Shown here piece by piece: positions 8,741-18,297 of a stretch of 43,958 nt of DNA. The DNA is from a virus (lineage: Duplodnaviria > Caudoviricetes), in the IMG/VR virus record IMGVR_UViG_3300037070_000806, positions 1 to 43,958 of that record; one strand, written 5' to 3'. Position numbers and translations under genes: made by a program. The notes below the pieces were generated by a model. It was not told where the DNA came from, did no database searches, and saw nothing but the letters and a program-made list of their open reading frames with translations. Numbering within the stretch: position 1 is the stretch's first letter; each line of letters opens with the position of its first letter.

Positions 8741-9739
8741 ATGAAAATCGTCATGTCGTCTGGTCATGGGAAGTATATTCGCGGAGCCTCTGGACCGTCG
8801 CCTTGGGGCTTGGATGAGGTAAATGAGGCTCGTCGGGTGGTAGATCAGGCTGCAAAAGAGCTAACCAAGATGGGTGTACAGGTTACCACCTATCACGATG
8901 ACGTAAGCGACGATCAGTCAGAGAACCTCAATCGAATTGTGCAGTTTCACAATGCTCAGGGCGCTCATGATTTTGATGTCAGTGTGCATTTTAATTCTGC
9001 CGATTTCGATGGTAGTAACTGGACGAGTAATCCAGTGGGGCATGAGGTATGGTATAAGACGAGCAATGGAAAGACAATCTCGAAGCAAATCTGTGACAAC
9101 GTATGTTCAGCCGTACCATTCAAGAACCGTGGTGTTAAGCAGACGAACAATTTGGCGTTTCTAAATAATACCGCAGAGGTGGCGACACTAATCGAGGTCT
9201 GCTTTGTGAACTCGAAGGGGGACGTGAATATCTATAACGATCGGTTCAATGACATTTGTGCTGCAATAGCTTCGGGAATCGCGGGGCAGGGCACAGTACC
9301 AGGACCGACTCCACCGCCGACAAGCGATGTGTTGTTCTCAGCAGAGGGTAAATGCTCATACTTTGGGGGGCCGGATGATACTGGTGTGTCTCCAAGTGAA
9401 GGTTTGGCGTTCATCTTTGAGGTTGACGAGGCGCCGCAACTGTTTCTCCCGTTCCAGCCATCTGGAACCACTGGCCTGGCTCGTCGGCTCAATCCTTGGG
9501 TGCATTATGTGGCCTGTCGTTGGGACTATGATGTGACTTCGAAAGAGATGCTAAAAGGCGACCAAATGGCGTGGGTACGCTCGACCTCTACAGGGCTTGG
9601 AATGAAGGCGTTCCCTGCCGATTGGGGACCAAACTCAAACACGGGACGAGTAGCTGATCTATCACCTAGTCTAATGGACGACCTTGGTCTTACTACTGAC
9701 GACGAAGTGGAAGTGACGTACCCATACGAGGGAGACTAA
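8741..9739 (+). CDS. Endolysin: N-acetylmuramoyl-L-alanine amidase (Amidase_3) plus C-terminal DPBB/RlpA-like domain
   Basis: SSGHG...E, VSVHFNS, LIEVCFV zinc-amidase motifs; Pro linker; C-terminal ADWGP...RVADLS. Confidence 0.88.
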   Translation: MKIVMSSGHGKYIRGASGPSPWGLDEVNEARRVVDQAAKELTKMGVQVTTYHDDVSDDQSENLNRIVQFHNAQGAHDFDVSVHFNSADFDGSNWTSNPVGHEVWYKTSNGKTISKQICDNVCSAVPFKNRGVKQTNNLAFLNNTAEVATLIEVCFVNSKGDVNIYNDRFNDICAAIASGIAGQGTVPGPTPPPTSDVLFSAEGKCSYFGGPDDTGVSPSEGLAFIFEVDEAPQLFLPFQPSGTTGLARRLNPWVHYVACRWDYDVTSKEMLKGDQMAWVRSTSTGLGMKAFPADWGPNSNTGRVADLSPSLMDDLGLTTDDEVEVTYPYEGD

Positions 9740-9740
9740 A

Positions 9741-9917
9741 GTGGCTACATGGCAGAACCTAGCAGAGGACGCTGTAGACGAACTTTTCAAGGCGTATGTG
9801 GGCGACCAGCTTATCGCTGTGATCCGCGAGCAGATAGGTGTCAATACGTTTATCGACAACGTGAAAAAGGCTGTGGATAAAAGGGACGCAGTGATAACTG
9901 CGATAGATGACGCATGA
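9741..9917 (+). CDS. Hypothetical protein (58 aa, not in the ORF track)
   Basis: GAGGGA RBS, GTG start, MATWQNLAEDAVDELF...; ATGA overlap with the next gene. Confidence 0.6.
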   Translation: MATWQNLAEDAVDELFKAYVGDQLIAVIREQIGVNTFIDNVKKAVDKRDAVITAIDDA

Positions 9918-10300
9918 TCGCAACAAGCATGGCGGTAGCTACTCTCACTGTGGTCTTCACTCTAACTCTGCTATACTTTCTTGAGGAGCCTGAGGATGTG
10001 TCGCAAGAGCCTTTCGCCTTCATGTTGGCAGCGGAGAAGTCAGTACCGTTCGCGCTTGATGACGTGCGTAAGCCTCTGTTTGACTGTGTAAATCCTACGG
10101 AACGTGAGCGTGTAAGGCAGCTAGTCTTTGACGGGGTTGACAGAGGATTGGTGGAGGCGATGGCACGTCTGTTTGAAGTTTGGCAAAGAGACCCTGACCA
10201 GCAGCAACCTAAGCGAGCGCAGGTCGGAACAGTCAATGCGGTAAACGCTCATAATCGAGCGCGGAAACTTGCCTTTGCTTGGAACCCTCCTGAATGCTAG
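9914..10300 (+). CDS. Membrane-anchored protein, possible lysis accessory
   Basis: N-terminal hydrophobic helix; downstream of the endolysin. Confidence 0.65.
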   Translation: MIATSMAVATLTVVFTLTLLYFLEEPEDVSQEPFAFMLAAEKSVPFALDDVRKPLFDCVNPTERERVRQLVFDGVDRGLVEAMARLFEVWQRDPDQQQPKRAQVGTVNAVNAHNRARKLAFAWNPPEC

Positions 10301-10317
10301 ATGTGTGAGTCATACAA

Positions 10318-12531
10318 ATGGCCATGACCTATCCAGAGTACGGCGACGATGGAAACGATCAGACTGATCTGTTCGATCCTGACGCTGGCACTCAAGAGAA
10401 GACTCCACCGATACCGCAACCCTTGTACCAGCAGTACGAGGGAAGTAAGATCATTATTAGCAAGCAGGTTGGTAAGTACTGGAAGAACAAGTACGATGCG
10501 GCACTCACTGCGTACGAAGAGATTAGGAATAGCTGGGAAGAGATTTACAAGTATTACAACCACTCGCATGGTAAGACCATGCAGACGCCGCGTGGTGTTT
10601 TCCGTAGGGGTGACTCCACGGAGAACATCATATTCAGCAACCTGAATATCATGCTTCCGGCCATCTACAGCCGCGATCCTGATGTAACGTGCAGCACGAA
10701 TGACAAAGCAGATGAACCCTTTACTGTGTGCCTCGAGGGTCTTCTCAACGCGATCTTCCAGCGGAAAAATCTGCTGAATGCGAAACCTAAGATCAAGAAA
10801 GCTGCTGGTGCGGCCTTATTAACGAACTTTGGTGTGCTGAAGCTCGACTGGACCAAGAAGGATGATTCGATTGAGCTTGCGGCGCAGGAGATGCAGCGAA
10901 TCTCTGCGGATTTGATTACTGCGAAAGATCAGGAGAGCGTTGATAGTCTGTACGGACAGATACAGAGTCTCGAGACGACAATGGAGATACTTAAGCCTAG
11001 CGGTCCTAGCTTGGCGAATGTGCTTCCACACAACCTCGTTATTGATCCATATGCAGAACAGCCTGATGGTGCCGATGCCGGATGGATGTGTGAGACTGTC
11101 TACTTTCCGACGGCAGGACTGGTCGAGAAATATACGTTCAAGGAGAATGAGGGAGAGAAGAACCCTATTAGGAACTTAATCTATAAGCCTACGCACAAGG
11201 CTGTCTTCTCCGAAGGGGCGCTGTCTGGCTCTCGTGATGATGGTTTGGGCATGGTCTTGAAGGCGCTTGACGGTCCTGGGGAGGTTCCTACAAGCTTTGA
11301 AGAAGAAGGACGTCGTAGTTACATTGATATGTACTACACTGAATGTAAGCTCCTTTGGGATAAGCATCTTCGGCGCGTGTTGCTGTTCCATTGTGACGAT
11401 TGGACCTGGCCGCTGTGGGTCTGGGATGATCCGTTAGGTATATCGAGGTTCTTCCCATACTTCGTCGTCAGTCTGACGATGAACACAGGTGGAACGGTTG
11501 GTGTCGGTGAAGCTGCTTATATCCTCGATCAGCAAGACGAGGTGAATGACATCAATCGTCAGATGGCAAGGATTCGACGATCTGTGTTCGATTACTTCTA
11601 CTTCAATTCTGACGTGATTACTGCGGACGAGGCAGAGAAGTTCATACAAGGCATTAGAGGTGAGACGGCAGGAGGCAAGCACGTTCTCGGTGTCAAGGCT
11701 GGAGATGGAGGGAAGATTCAAGAGATGATCCAGTCTTTTGCGCCTCCGTCGCTGCAATATGAGATGCTGTTCGACAAGCCTAAAATATTCGATTCAATCA
11801 ACAGGATCACAAATACGAGCGATGCGCTTCGTGGAGTTCAGTTCAAGACCAATACTAACGTGGCGAGTGTTCAGTCGTATCAGGAGAGTATGCGTCTCAG
11901 CGTGGGTGCGAAAGTCGATGTGATCGAAGACACAGTTGCTGATCTCGCGCTGTCTCTGGCTGAGTTGTGCGTACAGAACATGAGCACTGAAGAGGTTGCA
12001 AGTCTGGTCGGCGAAGATTTGGCTCAAGCATGGCAGCAGATGTCTGTCGAAGAGTTCACTAGAAAGTACAGCGTAAATGTCGTGGCGGGAAGTATGGAGA
12101 AGCCCAACAGTATCTTCAAGAAGAAGGAGGCAATCGAGGTCGCTCAGGCTGTTGGACAATTTGCCCGTGCTGCGCCAGGATCGGTTACAAAGATTATGCT
12201 TGGAGTACTACAAAAAGCATTCACTGAAGTTGCGATTAAGCCGGAGGATTGGGAGTCGCTTACTGCGGAGATCAATGCATCAATGCAGAAGGGTGCTCCA
12301 GCAGGAGGTGCAGCACCTGGAGAAGCTGGCCCGCCTTCTGGGGGACCGCCTGGAGCAGCTCAAGGACAGCCAGGACGACCGGCCGCAGTAGGGGCTGATC
12401 CACAGGAGTTGATGGCTCGGGCACAGAAGCTTCCTGACCGGCAGAAGGCGCAAGTAGTACAGATGAGTAATGCGGGAGCTACACCACAAGACATCTTAAG
12501 CTTCATCGGTAGTCAAACAGGAGCACGCTAA
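10318..12531 (+). CDS. Portal protein
   Basis: 737 aa, helical, between terL and scaffold/capsid; ILDQQDEVNDINRQ and TNVASVQ segments typical of P22-like portals. Confidence 0.82.
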   Translation: MAMTYPEYGDDGNDQTDLFDPDAGTQEKTPPIPQPLYQQYEGSKIIISKQVGKYWKNKYDAALTAYEEIRNSWEEIYKYYNHSHGKTMQTPRGVFRRGDSTENIIFSNLNIMLPAIYSRDPDVTCSTNDKADEPFTVCLEGLLNAIFQRKNLLNAKPKIKKAAGAALLTNFGVLKLDWTKKDDSIELAAQEMQRISADLITAKDQESVDSLYGQIQSLETTMEILKPSGPSLANVLPHNLVIDPYAEQPDGADAGWMCETVYFPTAGLVEKYTFKENEGEKNPIRNLIYKPTHKAVFSEGALSGSRDDGLGMVLKALDGPGEVPTSFEEEGRRSYIDMYYTECKLLWDKHLRRVLLFHCDDWTWPLWVWDDPLGISRFFPYFVVSLTMNTGGTVGVGEAAYILDQQDEVNDINRQMARIRRSVFDYFYFNSDVITADEAEKFIQGIRGETAGGKHVLGVKAGDGGKIQEMIQSFAPPSLQYEMLFDKPKIFDSINRITNTSDALRGVQFKTNTNVASVQSYQESMRLSVGAKVDVIEDTVADLALSLAELCVQNMSTEEVASLVGEDLAQAWQQMSVEEFTRKYSVNVVAGSMEKPNSIFKKKEAIEVAQAVGQFARAAPGSVTKIMLGVLQKAFTEVAIKPEDWESLTAEINASMQKGAPAGGAAPGEAGPPSGGPPGAAQGQPGRPAAVGADPQELMARAQKLPDRQKAQVVQMSNAGATPQDILSFIGSQTGAR

Positions 12532-13568
12532 TGCCACCGGACGAAAAGAACCTGTCGAATCAAGCGGCAGAGGACACCGTATTCTCGAACCTCGGACTCA
12601 CCCGAGAGGACTTGGGTATTACCGATGATGACGGTGGGAGTGGGAACGAAGACCTTGGCCTTGGTTCTGGAAACGAGGACCGTGGAGGTTCGGGTAATGA
12701 GGAACAAGAAAGTCGTACGAGTCATACAACCGAGCGCAGCGGTTTGCCTCCGACGGCTGAGGTCCATCCTGACCACAAAGGGAATCTTGTCAACGAGTAT
12801 GGCCAGATCGTTGCTCGATCGGGAAAGGAAGCTCGTCTCTATCAGGACTTACACAAGACGAAAGGCCAAGCCCAAACTCTCCAGGGCCAAATTCAGGACG
12901 TTACGGGGCGTCTGCGGAAGGCTGTGGAGATAGGTCAGAATTTACATCGGGAACTCGAGACTGCTCGTGCTCAAATGGGTGCGGTAAAGCAATTCGGATT
13001 GGAAGAGGGTGAACATCTCACAGCACTCCGACTATACAAGGAGCTTCGCGACAATCCTCGGGATGCCATAAAAAACATCTTGACAAGAGCCGCAACAAAT
13101 GGTATAAATATAGCTGAATTAGGTCTTCAAGGAGGTGTCGATCCCCAAGCTCTTGTTAACATGATTAAGCAGGAGATTGGGTCTGCGGTGAACCCGCTCA
13201 GGGAGCGTACTGAAGCGGAGAGGCGTGCGGCAGCAGCACAGCAGCAGAACCAGCAGCGACTCGGCGAGATACAAGGTGAAGTAGACGGATTTTTTAATCA
13301 GAACCCGGAGGCCAAGCAATACCTTCCGGTGTTTACTCAGACGATCAAGCAGTTCCCAGGAATGTCGCTTGGTGAAGTCTGGGCCAGAATACAGTTACAC
13401 TTCGAACGGAACCCGCAATCGCGGCGTAATCAGAACTCGCCTCGGCGAAGTCTCCCGCAAGGTCGCGGTGTGCCTGTCAATGGCGCCGGTCCTGATCTTG
13501 CACCCGTAACGGACTCGTATGATGCCATCGTGAAGGATGCACTATCCAAAGCGGGTTTCGTACGGTAG
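12531..13568 (+). CDS. Capsid scaffolding protein
   Basis: Acidic disordered N-terminus, coiled coil, position between portal and capsid. Confidence 0.7.
   Translation: MPPDEKNLSNQAAEDTVFSNLGLTREDLGITDDDGGSGNEDLGLGSGNEDRGGSGNEEQESRTSHTTERSGLPPTAEVHPDHKGNLVNEYGQIVARSGKEARLYQDLHKTKGQAQTLQGQIQDVTGRLRKAVEIGQNLHRELETARAQMGAVKQFGLEEGEHLTALRLYKELRDNPRDAIKNILTRAATNGINIAELGLQGGVDPQALVNMIKQEIGSAVNPLRERTEAERRAAAAQQQNQQRLGEIQGEVDGFFNQNPEAKQYLPVFTQTIKQFPGMSLGEVWARIQLHFERNPQSRRNQNSPRRSLPQGRGVPVNGAGPDLAPVTDSYDAIVKDALSKAGFVR
13080..13108 (+). promoter_or_regulatory. Internal sigma70-type promoter upstream of the major capsid gene
   Basis: CTTGACA-17bp-TATAAA with extended -10 TG, inside the scaffold CDS. 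Confidence 0.6.
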
Positions 13569-13597
13569 TTGTTTGACTCATACAAGGAGACTTAGAC

Positions 13598-14566
13598 ATG
13601 CCTGCCCTTGATACCGTGATCAATGCAATGCTGACGCGGAGTCGGGCGAAGCTCATTATGGCTTCGGCGATTTCTGGCACAGTCAGCGCCTACCTACATG
13701 CTAAGAAGAGGGTCATTGTGGAGGATGGTGGTCCGTCGATCACCAACCCGATCATCGTGGGCCTCAATCCAAACGTCACCTCGATGCAGTACTACGATCA
13801 GGTGCCGGTCAACCAGACGAACGAGTTCACGACCGTCTCGTACAGCATGAGCCGTGTAGTGGGTTCGCTCATCATCTCGGATCAGGAAGAAGATGAGAAC
13901 CAAGGCCGCGCCGCAATCTTCAAGATTCTCAAAGGCAAGATCATGGCGTTGGACGAATCCATTTCCCGACAGTTTGCTACTTACCACACCAGCATCGGCA
14001 CTGGGACTGATCCGAACGGACTCGGGAATCTTATCCCTGCCGACCCGACTACTGGATCAGTCGGGGGAATCTCGCTCGCAGCTGAACCTCAATGGCGTTC
14101 GTCGTCGTACAACTTTGCCGGGACACTGACTCCGGAGAACATCGAAGAGGCATTCGATGACATCATCGAACTTGATCTCAATCGATCGAGCGATGGGCAG
14201 GCAAGTCCGAAGCCCACCGTTATCTTCGCAGGAAGAAACATCTACCGCATGCACAAAGCTGCTGCGAGAGACAAGACGACCATCCAGCTCGGCGAAACCG
14301 GAACTGGCAAGAAGCTCATCAACCTCGGAATCGTAGGTACTACTCACAATGGTATCCCGCTTCTGTTCGACGAGAAGCTTCCTGCGAACGTTGCCTACTT
14401 CGTCAACGAAGAGTACCTCACTCTCCATGTTCTCCGTGGCGTCAACATGAAGATCAAGCAGCTCGTCGCTCCTTGGGACACAGATGCCTCCGGCCGTCGA
14501 GTCGTGTGGGAGGGGCAGCTTTGCTCCTGGCGGCAGTACCGCACCCATGCGTACCTGACCAACTGA
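13598..14566 (+). CDS. Major capsid protein
   Basis: 322 aa, AAGGAG RBS, strong C-ending codon bias, NGLGNL...VGGI...WRS pattern of HK97-fold capsids, position after scaffold. Confidence 0.85.
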   Translation: MPALDTVINAMLTRSRAKLIMASAISGTVSAYLHAKKRVIVEDGGPSITNPIIVGLNPNVTSMQYYDQVPVNQTNEFTTVSYSMSRVVGSLIISDQEEDENQGRAAIFKILKGKIMALDESISRQFATYHTSIGTGTDPNGLGNLIPADPTTGSVGGISLAAEPQWRSSSYNFAGTLTPENIEEAFDDIIELDLNRSSDGQASPKPTVIFAGRNIYRMHKAAARDKTTIQLGETGTGKKLINLGIVGTTHNGIPLLFDEKLPANVAYFVNEEYLTLHVLRGVNMKIKQLVAPWDTDASGRRVVWEGQLCSWRQYRTHAYLTN

Positions 14567-14581
14567 TGTATGAGTCATACA

Positions 14582-14995
14582 ATGCTATCAGTAGGATCAC
14601 AAGGCGCACGACTGGCATACGTTGTCGTCGATCTCAGTGAGACCGTCGGCACCGTAAAGCGGCCGGTCACTACGTGGACCAAGAAGGATGGCCTCAAGAC
14701 GAAGATGGTCGAGGAGCCGGCAGGTTATCTCGTCTATTTCCCTCGAGGACACGTTATCAGGCTCAAAGACAAGGAGGCTCTGCGGCACTATGGTCTGGAA
14801 GGGCAACCACCGATCGTTAACCTACAGGGCCTTAACGACCCTAACAGCCCTATTGGTCGGATGCTTTTGTCCCAGGATGAAGGCGTGCGGCGTGGGGCAA
14901 TGGAGACTATGGAGAAGCAAGTAATCAGGTTGGCAACGGCCAAGACGGGTCCGGTGCTGATGCCTGAGCAAATCGAGCCTGAGGAGGCAGCATAA
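14582..14995 (+). CDS. Hypothetical protein (137 aa)
   Basis: ATG abuts palindrome 14567. Confidence 0.75.
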   Translation: MLSVGSQGARLAYVVVDLSETVGTVKRPVTTWTKKDGLKTKMVEEPAGYLVYFPRGHVIRLKDKEALRHYGLEGQPPIVNLQGLNDPNSPIGRMLLSQDEGVRRGAMETMEKQVIRLATAKTGPVLMPEQIEPEEAA

Positions 14996-15690
14996 TGCTA
15001 CAGGATAGACAAGCTTTCGCCGTCGGCGTGAACTGCTATGTTCCCGCTATGCAATACTCAGCTGCGGGTGTGGCGTTTGCTCCTATGCGCCATGTCCTCG
15101 GTGCTCCGGCAACTGCTGGTGCTTTGGCCACACTCATCAGCGCTCAGGGTGCGGTTGGTCCAATCACGTATCTAGCCACGCCAATCAAGCTGGATGCACG
15201 CTATGGCAGGACCATCGCGGTCACGCCATCAGGTGTTCCTGGCAACGCAAACGTTACGGACGTGGTTGGCTACGATTATCTCGGTCAGCCTATGTTCGAG
15301 CGTTTCACAGGCTCGGCGGCAGCGGCTACTCCCCTCGTTGGCCTTAAGGCATTCGGGTGGATTCTCGGCACGCGGGTGAACGTGGCCGCTACCAACGCGA
15401 TCACGAACTCGATCAGCACTGGTGTATCGTTGGGCCTCCCGTGGAAGGGTCAGATTGCGACTGCGAAGGAAGGCGCGACAATTATGACCTTTGCACAGAT
15501 CAACACCAACTCTGTAGCTGCGGTGTTGACTGATCCGCAGACTGGTGTGACTGGCGATCCTCGAGGGCTGTATACTCCGACTACAGCACCAAACGGGACC
15601 AACATCTACGAGTTGAGCATGATCGGCGACAACAGTGTGAATACTGCCGGCAACGGTGGACTCGTCGGGATTAGGCACGCAGCTTTCTAA
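14995..15690 (+). CDS. Putative capsid decoration/minor structural protein
   Basis: Ala/Thr/Gly-rich beta protein after the capsid gene; GAGGAGG RBS. Confidence 0.6.
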   Translation: MLQDRQAFAVGVNCYVPAMQYSAAGVAFAPMRHVLGAPATAGALATLISAQGAVGPITYLATPIKLDARYGRTIAVTPSGVPGNANVTDVVGYDYLGQPMFERFTGSAAAATPLVGLKAFGWILGTRVNVAATNAITNSISTGVSLGLPWKGQIATAKEGATIMTFAQINTNSVAAVLTDPQTGVTGDPRGLYTPTTAPNGTNIYELSMIGDNSVNTAGNGGLVGIRHAAF

Positions 15691-15730
15691 GGTTGTGTGA
15701 CTCATACAACTACGGGCGAGGAGAACAGCG

Positions 15731-16417
15731 GTGAGTGCTACCATTAGAGAGATAGTTAATCAAGCACTCACCGTTGTTGGTGAGGTGTCTGGCCCTGGCG
15801 TACAGATGTATGAGGACGACCGAATGAAGGCTGATGCTATTCGTGCCTTCAATATGATGTTCAAGAAGTATCCGTGGCAGCAGTATCTTGACTGGTTTAC
15901 TGTCACGCTCGACGGAACGACAGGCAGGCCCAACACAGGTCCGTTTAATCAGGTATTGGACTTTGAGGACTTCATCGCAGTACATAGAGCTGGAGAATCT
16001 CGTCGGCTACCCATAGCTCCGACACGCTTGAATCCTAATACACTTGCTGCAGGGACGCAGGCGATGTATTGGACAAGCCTGAATGCCACTGATCTTCAAT
16101 ACCATACAAAGAAGATAAAGGTGTATCCAGCTACAGCCGTTGGTAGCTTGAACGTCCTTGCTAAAGTCTACCCAAGGCCCTTGCCAGCGTCGTTTCAGAA
16201 CTTCGATTGGCAAGACATCTTTTACCTCGATACGGACATGCTCGTCTACGCAACCGCATTTATGACACTATCTGGAGATGATCTTAATGCTGGTGCGGCG
16301 GACATAGTTCGTAACTTGATGGAGATGAAGTACAAGGATGTGATGGTAGCTCTAGGAAATCACCCGATCCCAATTGATGGCGATATGAACATTCCGTACT
16401 ATTGGCGGTGTGCATAA
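15731..16417 (+). CDS. Tail adaptor (tail tubular protein A-like)
   Basis: TIREIVNQAL..VGE N-terminus and YPW motif, typical of podovirus adaptors. Confidence 0.7.
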   Translation: MSATIREIVNQALTVVGEVSGPGVQMYEDDRMKADAIRAFNMMFKKYPWQQYLDWFTVTLDGTTGRPNTGPFNQVLDFEDFIAVHRAGESRRLPIAPTRLNPNTLAAGTQAMYWTSLNATDLQYHTKKIKVYPATAVGSLNVLAKVYPRPLPASFQNFDWQDIFYLDTDMLVYATAFMTLSGDDLNAGAADIVRNLMEMKYKDVMVALGNHPIPIDGDMNIPYYWRCA

Positions 16418-16419
16418 CC

Positions 16420-18264
16420 ATGACAGTCTCAGTCTTTCCACAGTCGCTGAAGGTTGGCAGAACCAACAAGCTCGAGAACATCACACTACGTGGGTTCGGT
16501 GGTGGCTGGAATGCTATTGAAACCGACTTGCAGATGGAGAGCAGCTACCTTGTTAAGCTAAGGAACTTCAGGCGGACGGCAGGAGGGACACAGCGTATTA
16601 GGTTTGGATCGCAGTTTCGAGCGTTCTGGAATGATGTAGTGCCTGATACCGCAGTGCTCCTCGATATGGAGTACTTTTCATTCACCATCGTTCATGTGTT
16701 CTCGAACGGCGATATCTTTGGACTCGACTCCGATGGTACTAAGGTGCCAATTTGGAGCCAAGCCATCGCTGCGGAACTTCCTGTAGGAGAGGGCGAACCT
16801 CCAGCTACAGGATGGTCTGATGGTCTAACGGTAGTGGACTTCGTTTCGTATAAGAATGAGCTGATTATCCATAATGGGATCGACAAGCCTATCACAATCG
16901 ACCGTGAGTTAGTCGCGACGTACCTGCAAGACCTAGCGTCAGGGAGTAACGTCAATGTCCCAATCGGCAAGTACGGATGCGTTGTCTCGAACTACCATTG
17001 TGTCGGAGGTATTCCGGCTCAGCCAACGCTCATCTACATATCATCAGTTGGAACAGCTGGAACATTTCCTTTTGATGATGCACCAAATGACTCGATCACT
17101 GTTGACGTCGGCGCATTTGCTCCGCAGGGCGCCGTCGAAATCAGAGGAATTGCGGGGTTTCGTGCAAATCTACTAATCTTCTTTCAGGATCAGACTGTGA
17201 TCGTGAAGCTGGGGACGTACAATGCTTCCGGTGTCCATGAACCGTTCTTCCCTGACACGATGCCGACGTTCGGGTTACTCGGACATAGATGTATCGTTGC
17301 AGTGGAAAACGACCTTCTGTTCGCTGGTCTGGGGGGTGTCTACAGCGCGCGACGGAACCTGCTTAGTGTGTCGGGTACGCTGGAAACGCAGACGCTTAGT
17401 GATCGAATCGAGCCTGAGTATCGTAAGACAATCGGTATTCTAGACGACGAACAACAACTTAAAGACTGCTGGATGGTACAGGATGCATTATCTCACGATG
17501 TGCTTCTGTTCACGCCAGTTGGACGTGTCTTCGTCTTTAGCTTTAACACAAAACTGAAATACAGCGCGTGGTCAGAATACAGCGACATGGACTATGTGTG
17601 TGGCTGTAAGACGTTTCTGGGTCGGCTGTTTTACAGCACTACTAATAGAACGTACCAGCATGGGAATCCTGTTTTCGTCGATGAGCAGTATTACAGAGAT
17701 CGCGAAGGAGACTTTCAACAAGTCTGGGCGAACGGAATATTCTACGGTATCGGTGATCTGGTGAGAGATGACGTTACAAACGAGACGTTTCGATGTATTC
17801 TAGGCCACATAAGTGCAGATGTGGGATCGTTTCTAGAGGATCGTGGAAACCCGCCGCTGCGGTGGGAAGATTTCCCAGGTACGGACATTAGCTTCGAGCT
17901 AGAGCTTCCGTGGCTGGACAGTAAAGACCCAATGCGAGTCAAATTCTTGCGTTTCGTGTCAATGGCCACTAAGGGCGATGCTAAGTTCATACTACAGGCG
18001 TGGGTAGATAACCTGTATAAGGATGTCAATGGTGCTGTCATCTTCGATCCGTGCTTGTCGATGGAGTTCATTGGAAACGAAGCGGTGGGCTTTGGCCTCG
18101 ATGCTAATTCGTATGGTGGTGGACGTAGAAGCGATGACCCGAGGCTGTGGAAGTTTCCTGTTAGGTTCAAAAAGCTCAAGATGGCGATCTCAGGAACTAA
18201 GGCAGGCTTCCTCGAGTTAGTGAATATGTCGTTTCTCTACTCGCGCGGCAAATATAAACGCTAA
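16420..18264 (+). CDS. Tail nozzle (tubular protein B/P22 gp10-like)
   Basis: About 614 aa beta-rich; GFGGGWN...LRNF N-terminus; AWSEY; follows the adaptor. Confidence 0.75.
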   Translation: MTVSVFPQSLKVGRTNKLENITLRGFGGGWNAIETDLQMESSYLVKLRNFRRTAGGTQRIRFGSQFRAFWNDVVPDTAVLLDMEYFSFTIVHVFSNGDIFGLDSDGTKVPIWSQAIAAELPVGEGEPPATGWSDGLTVVDFVSYKNELIIHNGIDKPITIDRELVATYLQDLASGSNVNVPIGKYGCVVSNYHCVGGIPAQPTLIYISSVGTAGTFPFDDAPNDSITVDVGAFAPQGAVEIRGIAGFRANLLIFFQDQTVIVKLGTYNASGVHEPFFPDTMPTFGLLGHRCIVAVENDLLFAGLGGVYSARRNLLSVSGTLETQTLSDRIEPEYRKTIGILDDEQQLKDCWMVQDALSHDVLLFTPVGRVFVFSFNTKLKYSAWSEYSDMDYVCGCKTFLGRLFYSTTNRTYQHGNPVFVDEQYYRDREGDFQQVWANGIFYGIGDLVRDDVTNETFRCILGHISADVGSFLEDRGNPPLRWEDFPGTDISFELELPWLDSKDPMRVKFLRFVSMATKGDAKFILQAWVDNLYKDVNGAVIFDPCLSMEFIGNEAVGFGLDANSYGGGRRSDDPRLWKFPVRFKKLKMAISGTKAGFLELVNMSFLYSRGKYKR

Positions 18265-18297
18265 CTTGTGTATGACTCATACAACTGGAAGATAGTC

